Part shown: one piece after another, positions 26,444 to 39,020 of the stretch
Layout of the letters: each line of letters starts with the position of its first letter
Position numbering within the stretch: position 1 is the stretch's first letter
Assembly (NCBI GenBank): GCA_020536535.1
Contig: JAHLWZ010000835.1
Location: forward strand, 1-64,000
DNA length: 64,000 bases
Direction of reading: 5' to 3'
Source of the DNA: Pelomyxa schiedti
Taxonomy: Eukaryota > Protista > Evosea
Position numbers and translations under genes: made by a program
The notes under the pieces: model-generated
Databases searched by the model: none
What the model was told of the DNA's origin: nothing
Seen by the model: only the letters and a program-made list of their open reading frames with translations

Positions 26444-29400
26444 ATCTTAATTCTTAATCCTCACTCTGATTTTTCACAGATCGAAGAGGGTCTTTTGCCG
26501 GAATCGAAAAAGCTCCTTAATTTGACTAGAAATTGGCTTCTTCACCTGTTCCCTCATGTCCTCGCTAAGATAAATCGAGTAACTTTTGGCTTGTTGACTC
26601 CAGCAGACATGTTAAATATCGATCCTCGTACCCCCCAAAGTAGACTTCTGATGGCGGTATGCGTTTCCTCATCTAAACTTTACTAATTTTCTGCGTAAAA
26701 CAGGTGCCGTTCGTTGGTAAGGACGTGCCATCACGTTCATCCGAATTTGCTCACCCCGACGCTGTTATTGGCTTGACGATTTTGGCATATAGATATGAAG
26801 GCGTTAGGCAAAGTGACCTTATGCGCGTGATGTCACAATTGAAACAAGACTTTGCACGGCAGGTTGGTCCCCGGGAGCAGAGACCCGCCAGTACAATGTT
26901 CAAAAATTGGCTTGCACTTGCCAGGGAAACCGCTTCTGCAGCTGTTGTTGCTGCCTCTTCATCAATTCTTCCTCTGGCACTTTTCCAGCCAAATGATCCC
27001 AAGCAAATGACACAGGTAGTCTTCATTTTTTTACTTTTTATTAATTAGTCAACCTAGCTCTATGCCCTTGTAAGAAGGCTGCCGCAACTAATACATTATT
27101 ATCTCTGTCAACATGTCTTCCCAGCTTGCATGAACTTCCAACTACTGAAAGTATGAACAGTAAAATGCTGTATTGCCTCCAGCTTATTGCCCTTCACAGG
27201 TCAGTGCTTGTGGGCATGAGCTTGGTAGCAATTTGTTGTTTGGAAGACGCATTGGCTTCTCAGGGACACCTTCGAATCTTCTTCCACTGGATCTTGGAGA
27301 GTGTCAATACGAGCCTGGATCTGATGGAAAGATCCTTAATGTTCTTACATCTCCAAATGTCGTCTCTGCATCTTTGAAAACTGTGAACTCCTTTAACCAA
27401 TAAAATGTAAATGTAACACCACTGTAAGGATTGGACGGCAAAAAGCCTGCTCCGTGACATTTGTCAGGCAGATCCTCCCTTCCTTGCCCTTATTGACACA
27501 GGCGCCCTAATCACTGGAATGGACAATGAAGAAGTTGCACATTTCATGCTGCAATTGTTGCCTGGTTAGAATTTGTGTTTTCTCATTCCCTGTTTCTTAC
27601 CACATTCACAAGACTGGATGGAGGGCTTCGTTTACCTTGACAGAGCTGATAGGCAAATGGTATTACTTCGCTCTGGGCAATCAGTCAAGCTTTCTGAGTG
27701 TGGAATCAGTCCAAGTAGGAGGTTCACATTTTATGATCAGGTTTGATGTTACTACTCTACATTGTTCTTCTCTAAAGTAGGGAAAAACAGGTTCACACTA
27801 CAGGAATGGATATTAAACAAGCGTCAAATGCAAGAGCAGTTGTGACTATAGGAAAGGATATGACATTTAGGGACTATGCCCAAGGGTGCTATCGAATGCG
27901 AGGTTGGAAAAATATCAGATTATTAAACGGAAATGCGGACTCATTATTGATAAAAGGAATTGGAAAGGGCATGTGCATTCATGTGTTTGTCATCCAGGAA
28001 GTACTCAACAAACTTGCTCAAGATTTAGGCACCCATCAGTAAGAAATTTACCCTTGTATCTCTTCTTACCCAAGGCAAGGACGAACCGACCCGAATTGGA
28101 TATTCCTGCATGGCTCCTTCTGAATTCTATGCGAATGGAGAGCCTCCAGTTTGTCAAGATGGGACAACAAGTAATTTACTTCCATCCAGTTATTCCACCA
28201 GTAGGGACTCATTATACCGAAAAGGAACTGCAAAATATTTTCCGGAAAAAAGCTCTTTCCACTCTTTTGGATGAATCAAGGGCACACTACTCTGAGGCTC
28301 CAATGTACAGATTACGTAGATTCCACGATGCCCCACCACCATTAAATGAGTTTTTGCGCACATGTGTCCAACATTTCCGAGAGGTTTTTTCCTACTCATA
28401 GTTTTTTACCTGACATCTTTCTTAAAAATCAGGTTATTGACTACACGATTGAGAATGCAGTTCCGAAGCCACACAGGTACATTGAGAAGATTCAAGAAGA
28501 TGTTGTGAAGCAAGAACCGCTTTCCATTGAAGCCCCCTCCAGGGATAGAGTCAATTCCGTTCTTAAGAATTTGGGGCAGGTTGGAGCTTACAAAACAACA
28601 AGCCGGTAGTTAATCGGTATCAAAGGTAACTGCACAACAAGAAAGTGAAAGGATGGGACCCACAGAATCTGACCTTGGGCTAAATGCAGAAGTTGTCCAT
28701 GAGCAAGAAGCGCAAGCACAGGAAGAGGCAGAAGAAGAAGCAGAAGAAGAACAACAGAAGATCAGTGCTTTCACTCGGGATGACGAAAGCCACATCCCTT
28801 GGAACGGTACTTGTGCAACATTAATGGCCCAGGCTCTCACCCCAAAATAAATGCAGCCTCTCTTCTCACTGAGATTCCTAGTGGGGAGCTCAAGGGTGGG
28901 GAACCTTTTTACAAGTTTAAACATTTCCACGTACGTGAACAACAACCAAAATTAAAATTCCCGGAGAGCATGATGCTCTCAGACAATTTCTTCCGGCCAA
29001 GGTATGAAACTTCCCTCTTAGTTGGGAATTGAATAACAATGTTATCAGATGGGTTGGTGTTGGTGATAGGCGGCTTAAAAATGTTGCCGTTTTCCTTGAG
29101 TGGGCACCAGTGATGTCATCTGAAATTGCCCGTGTGCGCACACCCCTCTTGATGAAACAAATAAGTACAGGTTGTGGCAATACAAGTTGCAAGACTCCGA
29201 CTTGTAGATCAAATCCACAGTATGCCACCATTTTTTGTAGTTTCGCCTCTCAAATATCCAAAGAATGAAGCCACTGGACCCCTCAGATACTCCCGCTAAA
29301 TTAGCTGTGCAATTAGCACTCCAAACATCCGCTGTGGCTGATCCCAAACGTCATCTTCCTCTTTTCTGCCCCTCCACAATCGAGGCAATGATTCAACCAG

Positions 29401-30853
29401 AGTTCTCAACTTCTCTGGCCAAAACATCCAACAGGTACTTGTCCCACTGTCCTTGTGGGATTTAGGTAAATCCTTGGCAGGTTTGTGGTGGCATTATCCC
29501 TTGCCGAAGCAGAGACAATCAGAAAGATAATCCATAGTGAACAAACGCTTATCACAAAAGCTGCACTTGCTTTGCATACAATAGATGGACTCTTGATGGA
29601 CAACACACCAAATTATATACCGGAGGCATGCCTACTTTTTGCACAAATTATCACACTTACATCTATTTTTTCTTAGCTATCTGGTGAGCTTGGACTCGTA
29701 GGGATGGCGTTGCAGAGTCTCCGTTTCTTCAACTGTGAGATGTACTTCTCTGATGAAGGTAGATTCATTTTTCATTTCTGTGCTCCATGTAATGTGGTAA
29801 AAGAGTTGGACGCTCTGGAGCACTCACTTGCCGCTTCTGGACTCACCGACCGCCTTCAATTCTTCACGGAATGTTTGAGGTGCCATTATTTGTGACTGCA
29901 ATCTGTTTGCTTACATTCGTAGGTTGCGGAGACGGCAGCGCAATTTGTGGGGAGATACACCCCTTGCTAAGTTCTTCTCACCTCGTGAAGAGTGGAAGAA
30001 TTTGCGGGCTCGCGCGATTGCGGAACAAATTTCTATTGTATTTCCGAAATCCATGTCTCTATTATTTATATACTTTGTTCGCAGGCAATCAAGGCCGCGT
30101 TGCATGATAAGAAGCAACACCTAGACCCCTACCAAATGTTTGAGCACTTTGATGACGACCATGACGGCAAACTAAGCTACGCTCAGGTGGCCCTTTCAGA
30201 AATATGTTCGTAACCTCAATTTACTCACGTTTTGCCCCTGTAGCTCGATCACCTGTTTGATTGGATGAGACTTGGTTTTGCACCTGGTGACTATCACGAG
30301 ATTGTCAAAATTCTAGATACTGCCAACACTGGGACCGTCTCCCAGAGGGATTTCATAACCACTTTCGGAATTCCCTCGCACGACGAAGTTCTAGCCATCG
30401 AAGCTGTGAGCTACCCCTTGATCCATTAATAAATTCCACTCACTCCCTCCCAGGAGAAACAGATCAACAACGTTCCTGCCGAACCCAAACAAACGGGCCG
30501 ATGGCGTTGCAGCAACTGCACATACATGAATTCACCACTGGTATGCATCCATTCCCTCAACACACAAACAAAAAAAAAAAAGCAAAATCCAATCATCCAC
30601 ACGCAGCACAACACAGAGCTACGCACTCTTCTCTATCTTCCCAACACAACACAACACTCACCACCATGTCCCACAGGAAACAACTTGCTGCATGTGTGAA
30701 GTTGGCTGGTCAGGAGAGCGAGAGTGCCCAAGGGACAAGTGGATGTGCCCCCCTGAGCGCGGCGGGTGCACATTCTTCAACCCAGTCTCCCAATTCTACT
30801 GCGAAATGTGCAACAGGGCGCGCCCTGACCTCATTTCGCACAGGTTGGTGTGA
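16332..30853 (+). CDS. Giant (~4,000 aa, estimate) DUF3638/DUF3645 SF2/SecA-like ATPase with NZF, 2xUBA, AZUL-like, EF-hand and C-terminal NZF modules
   Basis: Continuous spliced frame. WKCPTCTVSNC..CSVCGTPK (~21350-21435); UBA LMNMGFS..AAAAWLL (~22350-22445) and EEEGFG..ARSWLL; Walker A QMIMGAGKTT (~25483-25512); DEVD (~25963); DUF3645-type AVPFVGKDVPSRSSEFAHPD; GFSGTP, TGMDIK and QGCYRMRGIG; QISTGCGNTSCKTPTCRSNP; EF-hands FDDDHDGKLS and LDTANTGTVS; WRCSNCTYMN..CCMC and WMC..CTFFN..CEMC; stop TGA 30851-30853. Start uncertain (16332 or 16596). Confidence 0.88.
26414..26443. repeat. Poly-C tract (C30) inside an intron of the giant gene
   Basis: Lies between donor GTATCA (26404) and acceptor ..CACAG (26479). 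The poly-Pro in the ORF track is an artefact of this intron. Confidence 0.85.
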
Positions 30854-31004
30854 GCAGGTCCACGTAGTTGTACCAAAACGATGGGTTCTATGCTATTTTG
30901 CTATTACTAGATGACTAATTTTCCCCGAGCGGCTTTTGTCGACAAATAACAAACAAAACCTAAGATTCAAAAAAGTGGTGAAGATTAAGTTAATTGCGAC
31001 ACGG

Positions 31005-33218
31005 ATGTCGTTGGACGCCAACACGCAGCCGGAAATGCGACAGCAGGAGAAAGAGGAGAAGAAGGTAGGGAACGACGAGGCAGCTGCAACCACAGTAGTC
31101 ACGACGCCCGTCAAAAAGAAATCTGCTGCAACGTCACCAGCGTCCACTGGCTCGAAGAAGACGGAAAGTTTGGCTTCTCGTTTGAGACCGCGGCGACCTG
31201 CGAGGAAGTTTTACGCTGAGGAGAGCTGGGAGGAGGAAAAGAAGGCCAAGAGGGCAAAGAAGGCGAGGAAGTCCCGATCCAACAAGGAAAAGAAGAAAAA
31301 AGGAGGGGGGGAGAAAGCACCAAGAAAGGACTCTGGTTCGAAGGCCTCACCCAAATCGTCTGGTGCGTCGAAACACTCTGAGAAGCAAATTGTTATTACC
31401 GTTTCAGATAGTGATAGAAGTGAGTCTGAGGAGGAGGAGGAAGAGGCACCAGGTGGTGCCAGTGGGGTGTCATCAAGTGAAGTTGATAAATCAAGCCAAT
31501 CTTCCAGTACTAGTCCTGTGAAAGATGGGAAGGATGCTGCGAGTACTAGCCCTGTGAAAGATGTGAGTGATCCAGTGGATGCTCCCACTTCCCAACGTGA
31601 CAATTATATGAACCTAGCAATCAGGTTGTGTAGTGACTTGGAATAAAATTACTTCCATTAACCTCCAGCGACAGAAGTCTGTCAGGAAAAGTAGGGACAA
31701 TTTCTAATATGAGCATGTTTCAAAAGCGTACACTCCCTCTCTATGTAATACTCATATTTAGATTACATAATTATTCTTTCTTTTACAGATTATATCGTGC
31801 CGTTTTATTCAGCATTATCAAAGGTTACCTCTCCTTCCATTTTTTGGTCTTCTTATTACTTTTAAGGAAGAAAAATCAAAGGAAATATGTCGCACCTGGC
31901 AGGAGGCTGGATATGAGAGACTGAAAGATTTCCTTTTCGTACTACGGGACAAGGGGTGTATCCTAAAAAATAACCGTGCAATACTTGAGAATCAGTCAAA
32001 ACCTCAACTCTAAAGAAGACATATCACTCAAGCATAACTGTGTGCGCGTTATTTTCGATGGTTCCAATCACCTTGCTGAAGATGAAGATGAAGATGAAGA
32101 TGCCGCAGGTATCTTAAATTCCTCACAACTTCGAGGAGTAAGAAAATTACAGAAGATCGACAATTGCCAATAAAGAGACCGCCTGACACAGACGCCTCTC
32201 AACTTGCGGAGCCCCCTCAGAGCAAAAAACCCGAAGTTGATGAGGCTTCAAAACCCACAGCAGTGGCAACAAGCCCAGTGTCAAAAGGCGATGAAAAGTG
32301 TGGTGAGTAGTCTGCCTTAACTATATGGAAAACTCAAGTGCAAAAAGAAGTACCCAAACCCGAAGCCGTGGTGAAAGTGAAAGGTTCTAGTACACGTTGG
32401 TTCTGTAAATTTCTAAGCAGTAATCAGAAAAAATCACATGCCCAGTGTGCAATCATGAGCTGTCAGATTCCCCACCAGACCAACGAATCGTTCATATTAA
32501 CGAGTGCCTTGATCGCCAAGAACGCAGGGAAAGAAAAGTTCGTTGTCCTTCCTGTAGCACTGTTTACCCCGCTTTCGAGCTTGGAGTGCATTTTCTCTCT
32601 CATCAACTCGGTTCCCCAATGGGTGCAGCCGAGCCTCGCTCCTGGACAATGCCGGTCATGCTGAACATGTCCTGCCCTTTGTGCCCGGGAAATGTGTGCC
32701 AGACCTTTTCTTTTTTTTAATACAACAACCTAATCCTTGCTTTCCCACAGGCGCCAGAGGTTGACTTGCTACTTCATTTTCAGGCAGTTCACAGGCACCA
32801 CCTCTTTTGGCTCCTAAGAAAAACTTGTAATTCTACTTTAGAAACTTGTTGACATCTGAGACAATTACTCTTTACGACACCTATGTCCGGCGATGCTTCG
32901 AAAATAATTCGACCAACCCAAAGACTGAATACCTTGGTACATGTAACCATTTTCGGGCTTTTCCGTTTCACCCATGAACAGTGGTGGTACTTACAAAGGA
33001 GACGAGCAGCAAGGCAGGGGAATGCTCCATTTGCTGTGAAGATTTTTGTGAAGGTTCTTTTTCCACATCTCCTCATTCTTCTTTAACCAGTACAAAAAAA
33101 AAATGTAGGTCAAGAAGCAGCAAGGCTGCAGTGCCTGTGCTTATTTCACAAGCACTGCATTGAACAATGGTTCACCAAGCCAACTGGTGCTGGTTGCCCT
33201 GTCCACAACAAAGTGTGA
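31005..33218 (+). CDS. RING-H2 E3 ubiquitin ligase (ZNRF-like RING) with UBZ4-like and two C2H2 fingers and a Lys/Ser-rich N-terminus
   Basis: CPVCNHELSD..RIVHINECLD (UBZ4-like), CPSC..HFLSH, CPLC..HFQAVH, and terminal ECSICCEDF..ARLQCLCLFHKHCIEQWF..CPVH*. Confidence 0.82.
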
Positions 33219-33517
33219 CTTCCTCACCTGAGTGTTCTCCCCAATAACCCACGACGCTTGTTTGTATGGCTACTTAAGAAAGAACAGGGCAACACCCTTT
33301 TCTCTCCATATTTTTCCTTGTTCAAACAATTCCCAACACAACAGAATCCTTCCTTTCACTCAGCACCATAATAACTCCCACGGCGTGGTTCCTGATACCA
33401 ACTTTGTTCGGCTCTTCTAGCCGTTTTTAGACCTGTTCTCTGAATTACCGTTTCGCTTTTGGTTGGTTTTTAGAGAGAAAACACCAGAAAATAACAAAAT
33501 AAAATAAACAACAAACA

Positions 33518-34700
33518 ATGTCAGCAACAACCTCGAGTGCCACTTCGACGACGATTACGCCGCCGGCAACAACCACGACCAAGACAAGCACGCTGAGATC
33601 CAGTGGCCTCATTGCCAGGCCCCACGCGTGCACGTTCGACAAGTGGTTTGGACCAAACAAGAACGTGCGACTGCGCGAGTTTGGTGATTTGTCGGCCATT
33701 GCAAAGGCTCCCATAATCCCTGGGTTTCCCTCCGTTTCATTGACCTCCATTCTTACCGCTGGCTATTTGGCAGAACAAGTATGTTAGAGGATACTTTTTG
33801 TGTGTTACTGTTTGTTTGCATTTTGTATCTTGGGGTTTTTTTTTTTTTGGGTACATTGAATATTACAAACTGAGAACTTTTTTCCTAAAGCTGGAGCTGC
33901 CTTTGATTGGTGTTATATCATCACCACTCTTCCCACCCCGTTGTGTTCTGGACAGGGGGAGGCCATGCCACCCAATCAGGATATTTGGTGATGCCCGCCT
34001 TGTTGTGATCATGTGCGAATTCAAGGTTTCTCCTGCCATTCGAACTGAGTTTTTTTGAAACAAAATCGTAGCTTGAACCTCCAGAGTTGGCTGCCGCTGT
34101 GTGTGAAGCCATGTTTGATTTTTCCGCTCGACACCAATCATCGATGATTATCACTGTGGAGGGTACTTGTTTCTCAGCTCCAGTGTTTTATGTCATGATG
34201 TAACAGGTGATCCATCCAAGAAGCCAACTGATGATGACGGTTTTGCAATTCAGAACCTTCTCTTTGTTTCCACCAGTTCCATCTTTACTGCAAAGATGTC
34301 AGGTACACAGTTACCACTTTCTAATATCCAACTCACAATATACTATCTGCAGAGGTTGGACACCAGCCCCTAGAGAATGGCCTCATTTCCGGAATGACCG
34401 GATTGATCCTTGCTGAAGGACCTCTTTGTGATGTAGAAGTAGCGTGCCTCCTTTGCCCATGCAATCCCATGTACCCAGAGGCCTACAGTGCTGTTGCAGT
34501 AGTCAATGCGATAGCCCATTTCCTCACTGATATCAGTATGCTCTTAATTGTTGCCTTTCTCCACTTAACCATCCTCAAAAGGAATTGATACCAGCCAACT
34601 GGAACAAAAAGCCCGCACTTTGCAGCAACAGGTCACAAACCTTCTCAAGGCAGAGAGCATGTCCAAGAGACCAGCACCTTCCTCTTTTATGTACGCCTAA
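33518..34700 (+). CDS. Proteasome assembly chaperone, PAC2 family (archaeal-like), with C-terminal HbYX motif
   Basis: IPGFPSVSLTSILTAGYLAEQL, FPPRCVLDRGRPCHPIRIF, GMTGLILAEG, YPEAYSA and IDTSQLEQKA; ends ..SFMYA* (TAA 34698-34700). Confidence 0.85.
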
Positions 34701-34734
34701 AAGGGTGGGTCCAAAAAAAAAAACTTTTCTTGTT

Positions 34735-37700
34735 TCAAAACAGTAGGATGTCATTTGGTGGAATCTGATCAAAATCATCTTGGTCTTTCTGTCCTGTGTC
34801 GTGGGCTGTGTTTGTTGGGGTTGTTTCCGAGTTCCTTTCAATGGATTCAACGCACACTTGGTTAGAATTCACCGCACGCACTGGTGTGAACTTCTCTGCT
34901 TCATTCTTGCCATCACTGGAAGCATCAGGGATGGGAGTAGTTCTCACAGGTGTGGATGTGGATGTGGATGTGGATGTGGATGTGGATGTGGATGTGGATG
35001 TGGATGTGGATGTGGATGTGGGAGTTGGTTGCGTGCTTTCGGGAAGAACGGCGCCGGTACGGCTATCTCTGGGAACAATCCGGCCGTGGTGCGGGCAGGT
35101 GTGGGTGTCCCGCCTTGGGCAAAGGAGCCCGTTTCGAAGAGGGAAGTTGCATCTTTGTGGGGGTTTGGATGGTGGCTTTACCTGGTATATATCTCGTCGT
35201 AGAGTGGCCCAGGCAAGGCTGGATGTAGAAAACGATGTTGGTGCCGTACTTTCACCGAAGAAGCGATGTTCTGTCTGTGAAACATGGTGAGGGCAAAGGA
35301 AAATAACAAAGTGAAAGTACCCCGGTCCCCCTAGAAACAGTGTCCACATCCCAGAAATAGAGAAATACATCGGGTTTCATCACTGGGGCTCTTTTCAGTA
35401 GCTCTGGAAAGTGTTGAAATACTGAAGAAATTGTATCATGGATACCTTCTCGGGTTTCCACGTGGTCAGGGCAAGTTGGTATCTCTAGTGGTCCTTGCTT
35501 CATAAAATATGGTACGTAATCAGGCGGTTTGTCAGACGGTTGTGCACAGGTAGTTGAGGACGATGACAATGCTTGTGCTGCCTCTTCTGCCTGGCGACGT
35601 GCAATGTCTTTCTCCCTTGCTTCGGCATAATTTGGAACTGGCATGGGCACAAACTCGACGAAATGTATCCCATCTTGGTCAATCTGTTCCTTGAGCTGAT
35701 TGCTGGCTTGTGGAGATGAAGGTTTGGGGGCGTTTCCTTCTGAAGGACATGTGATGTTCAGTTTTTCAGACTCGCGCAACAATTCTCTAACGTGTTGTAG
35801 CATGAGTGAGACACGAACAAGCATTTCTTCTGCAGAGACTTTGTCCTTGATCCTCTTTAGGTCAGTGGTGATAATGTCAAGAGTTTAGAGACATACTTCC
35901 GCATTGTCAAGCCGTTCTAAAGTAGAACACCATGTTTCTAGAAGAGGAACATATTTCACAACGCAAGTGCCACAAAACTCGGTCAACTGAACAGCAACTG
36001 CGGAATTTGGCTTCACAGGTTTAGGAGGGGGGGCCGTAGGGTCAATTGTAGTTGATGTCACTGCCAAGTGTTTCACTAGATCCTACAATTGTTGGTTTTT
36101 CGTGGGAAAAAACCATCCAACATGGTCAAAGTCTAGATCCACTCCATTTGTGCTGCCAATATCGTCATAGATAATCCCCTCCTCTTCCTGAACATAATCG
36201 AGTGCCAGTGTCGGAGTGGCCTCCTCCGAAACAGCTTCATTGACCTTCACAGAACTTTCTTGGATCACTTCTTCCTGAAGGCTCTTGAGATAGAATTCCT
36301 GTTTTTTTTTTTTTAAAAAAAGAGTTTTTCATTGAAGGTATTACCATTTGTTTGCTGAATTCCTCCCACTCAGATTTAAGTATAGGTTCGTCAAGCATCA
36401 TCTGTAAAAACTTTGCATGAAGGAGCTCTTGAGTCCTTTCCTTCCAGTTACGTTACTTTAGGCCTTCTCCAAGTGAATTGAATACCTGTTTTCTCTGTCG
36501 TTCAGCATCACTGGCGGGAGAGCTTCCAGAAGAAAGTGGAAAACTTTGCAGAGCTCCTTGCATAAAAGAATGAGCTGTACGTAACTTCAGTGTACGTTAC
36601 CCAAGGCAAAAAGAACGAGAATTGGAGACAACTTGCTGGTAAAGATCTCCAAATGCTGTTCGCCACTCATCCAAAAAGGTTTTCGTCTTCTCTCTAGGAT
36701 GGTGATGGTAGCCGAATTGAGAAATAGAGTGTTTATTCACAGTTGTACCTGAGAGTTACCATCCATTTTCGTGGTGGTGGAAGTGGATTGTTTACGTTAG
36801 TCCCCAAACAGAGTTCAAGAATTATCTGTTCATCACGTTAGACACCTTATTTTAAAGGACAAAACCCTCCCACAATGCTGGTAAAACAGGGGTAATACCT
36901 TTAATTCATCAATAATAGCATTCCTAAACGCAGATGAATGCATGAAAATATCGTGTAACAACTCGAGCTGTAAAAAAAGCGACACGTTGTAGTTATCAGA
37001 TTGTTTTTAGCCAACAAGTAAAATTTGAGCATAATGACATACCGTCAAACACCTTGTCTCGGCATTCTTAGCAGCCAACCTTGTCATAAAGAGATCTTTG
37101 ACCTTGATAGAAGTGTGAGTTGTTGAGTTTTATTTTTTTATTTGTAAAGAGTAAACAGTGCAAGGTATGGAGTCGATAAATTATTAAGGTTTTGTGCTGC
37201 AGTTTATTTGGTCAGTTTTGTTTACTGCATTTTTTGTGTATTATGGGATGACATAGAAGCCAGAATCCACTCACACACGTGGTTTGTTTCGCCACATTTG
37301 GTCATCGCGCGAACCACTTGCCTGATGTCCTTTTTGACAGCATTCACCGGCGGAGGAAGCCTCACGCTGAACTCCACCCCCGCGTCGTCGCCCTCCAGGG
37401 ACCCGCGGGCCAGCGCACGCAACGGGGACGGTGACGGTGACTGAGGATGAAGAGAAGGAGAGGCCGCAGCGGGCCACGAGCGACGGCCGGAGCCCACAGC
37501 CCCACGCCCACAGCCACGGCCGCGGCGGGACTTGGCCGACGGAGACGCTGCGGGAACGGGCTCGGCAGAGGAGGAGGAGGAGGAGGGGGCGAGCGACGAG
37601 CGGCGCGGGCGCTTGGGCGAGGACCTCACTGCCGTGTCGGTTGGGACCGTGGCCGTATTGAGCAACTGCCTCAGCTTGTCGCGGTTGTCCAGTGCCGTTG
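34735..37700 (-). CDS. UVSSA: UV-stimulated scaffold protein A
   Basis: N-terminal VHS-like ..RAMTKCGE.., DIFMHSSAFR; C-terminal APVMKPDVFLYFWD, EHRFFG and zinc finger CNFPLRNGLLCPRRDTHTCPHHGRIVPRD. The 5' end is uncertain (no upstream in-frame ATG). Confidence 0.85.
34951..35021. repeat. (TGTGGA)n microsatellite, ~11-12 copies, encoding (Thr-Ser)n in UVSSA
   Basis: Directly visible hexamer array, in frame on the minus strand. Confidence 0.95.
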
Positions 37701-37963
37701 TGTTCTTTCTTGGTTGCGACTTGTCTTCAAAAAAGAAGAAAAATTTTGAGGATACAAAACGAAAAAAGTTTTTTGTTTAGTGGCGGGCTTTCTTTGGCTT
37801 TGGGTGCTGCAGCAGCATGTGGTGGAGGGTGGCTCCCTGGATGCCAATGACAGTCAGAGTGGGAAGAAGCCAAACACCACCTTCGGTTCCGAGCCCACAA
37901 CCCCGGATCCCACTGGCCGACCCGCCCAGTGTGGGCTTGGGGATACGTCTCTAAATGTACATC

Positions 37964-38856
37964 TCAAAGCCATAGAATAAGCCTGCCAGTCCCTCCATGA
38001 TCAGTTCGAATCCAACACACCACAACCTCCGCAGGCAGGAGCCCGAGTAGGAGTGGGAACTTTGTTGATCGGCATCGGGTTCGGTTCGGTTTGTCGTCAC
38101 CATTCTGAAAGGATATGTTAGTTCGACTCGTCACAAATGGAGATATGCATACCGGGTAAATGGAAGAAGCTCGAAAAGGAGTCCATACAAACTGCCGAGA
38201 TGACGCATCACCACGTGGAGCAGCAGTAGGAGTGGTAGTGGGAGGCAAGCCACAACCAATCAGTGTGACCGTAGGGTGGTTCTGAGGGGATCTACGGATG
38301 AAAGGGACTTTGTTGTTGTTGGAGACACTGACCACTGTTGCTGGGGGGGTTCGAGTTGGTGAACTTGGTGTTCCATTTGGTGTTGGGGTTGGAGCTGGAG
38401 CTGGAGTTGATGCCGACACCAATGGAGTGGTGGTTGTTGTTGTGGTTGTTGGTGTTCTGACTGTTGGCACAGGTGCCAGCGACGGCGTTGTGCTGGAACC
38501 TCGAACAATCGGAGCACGTGGTAATGATGGTGATGCTGATCCCGCAGAAGAAGGCGGAGTTGGTGGAGGTGGGTTTCTTGCAGTGGTAGTGGTGGTAGGG
38601 GTAGGGGTACTCTTAGCGGTAGCAGCCGGCGGAGGTGGGATCTGAAGAGGGCTTCTGCTGTATGAGTACTCTTAAGAATCCTTCTGGTTGGCGAGAACAA
38701 GGAGCCCATGACAAACAAGTGCACACCGGCGGCCGAAGCAAAATCCAATTGATTACTACGACGACGAAGAGGTTGGTGGCGACGAGCCACAGGCAACACG
38801 TAGAGCGAGACCCAGCGAACGGAGGAGAATAGAGAACAAGCCAACACTACACCCAT
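37964..38856 (-). CDS. Hypothetical Pro/Thr-rich low-complexity protein
   Basis: Open Pro/Thr-rich frame (IPPPPAATAKSTPT..TPTTTT) with plausible GT-AG introns. No recognisable domain; boundaries uncertain. Confidence 0.35.
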
Positions 38857-39020
38857 CCAACTGTGTTTTTTTGTGGAATTTGACACGCAGGGCAACCACT
38901 CCTGTCACATGCCAAATCGCTGAAAAACAGGTTTTTTTGCCAACAAACCAAAAAAGAAAACAAATCAACAACAAGCACATCTACACAATACAAACAAAAA
39001 AGGTACGCGAGGGGTGGCTC

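Noticed and set aside
31506-31563. Short direct repeat AGTACTAGYCCTGTGAAAGATG x2
   Set aside because: Ordinary intragenic duplication encoding STSPVKD in a disordered region.
34780-35290. ORFs with poly-(CG), poly-(DV) and poly-(MW) peptides
   Set aside because: Antisense readings of the hexamer microsatellite that encodes (TS)n in UVSSA.
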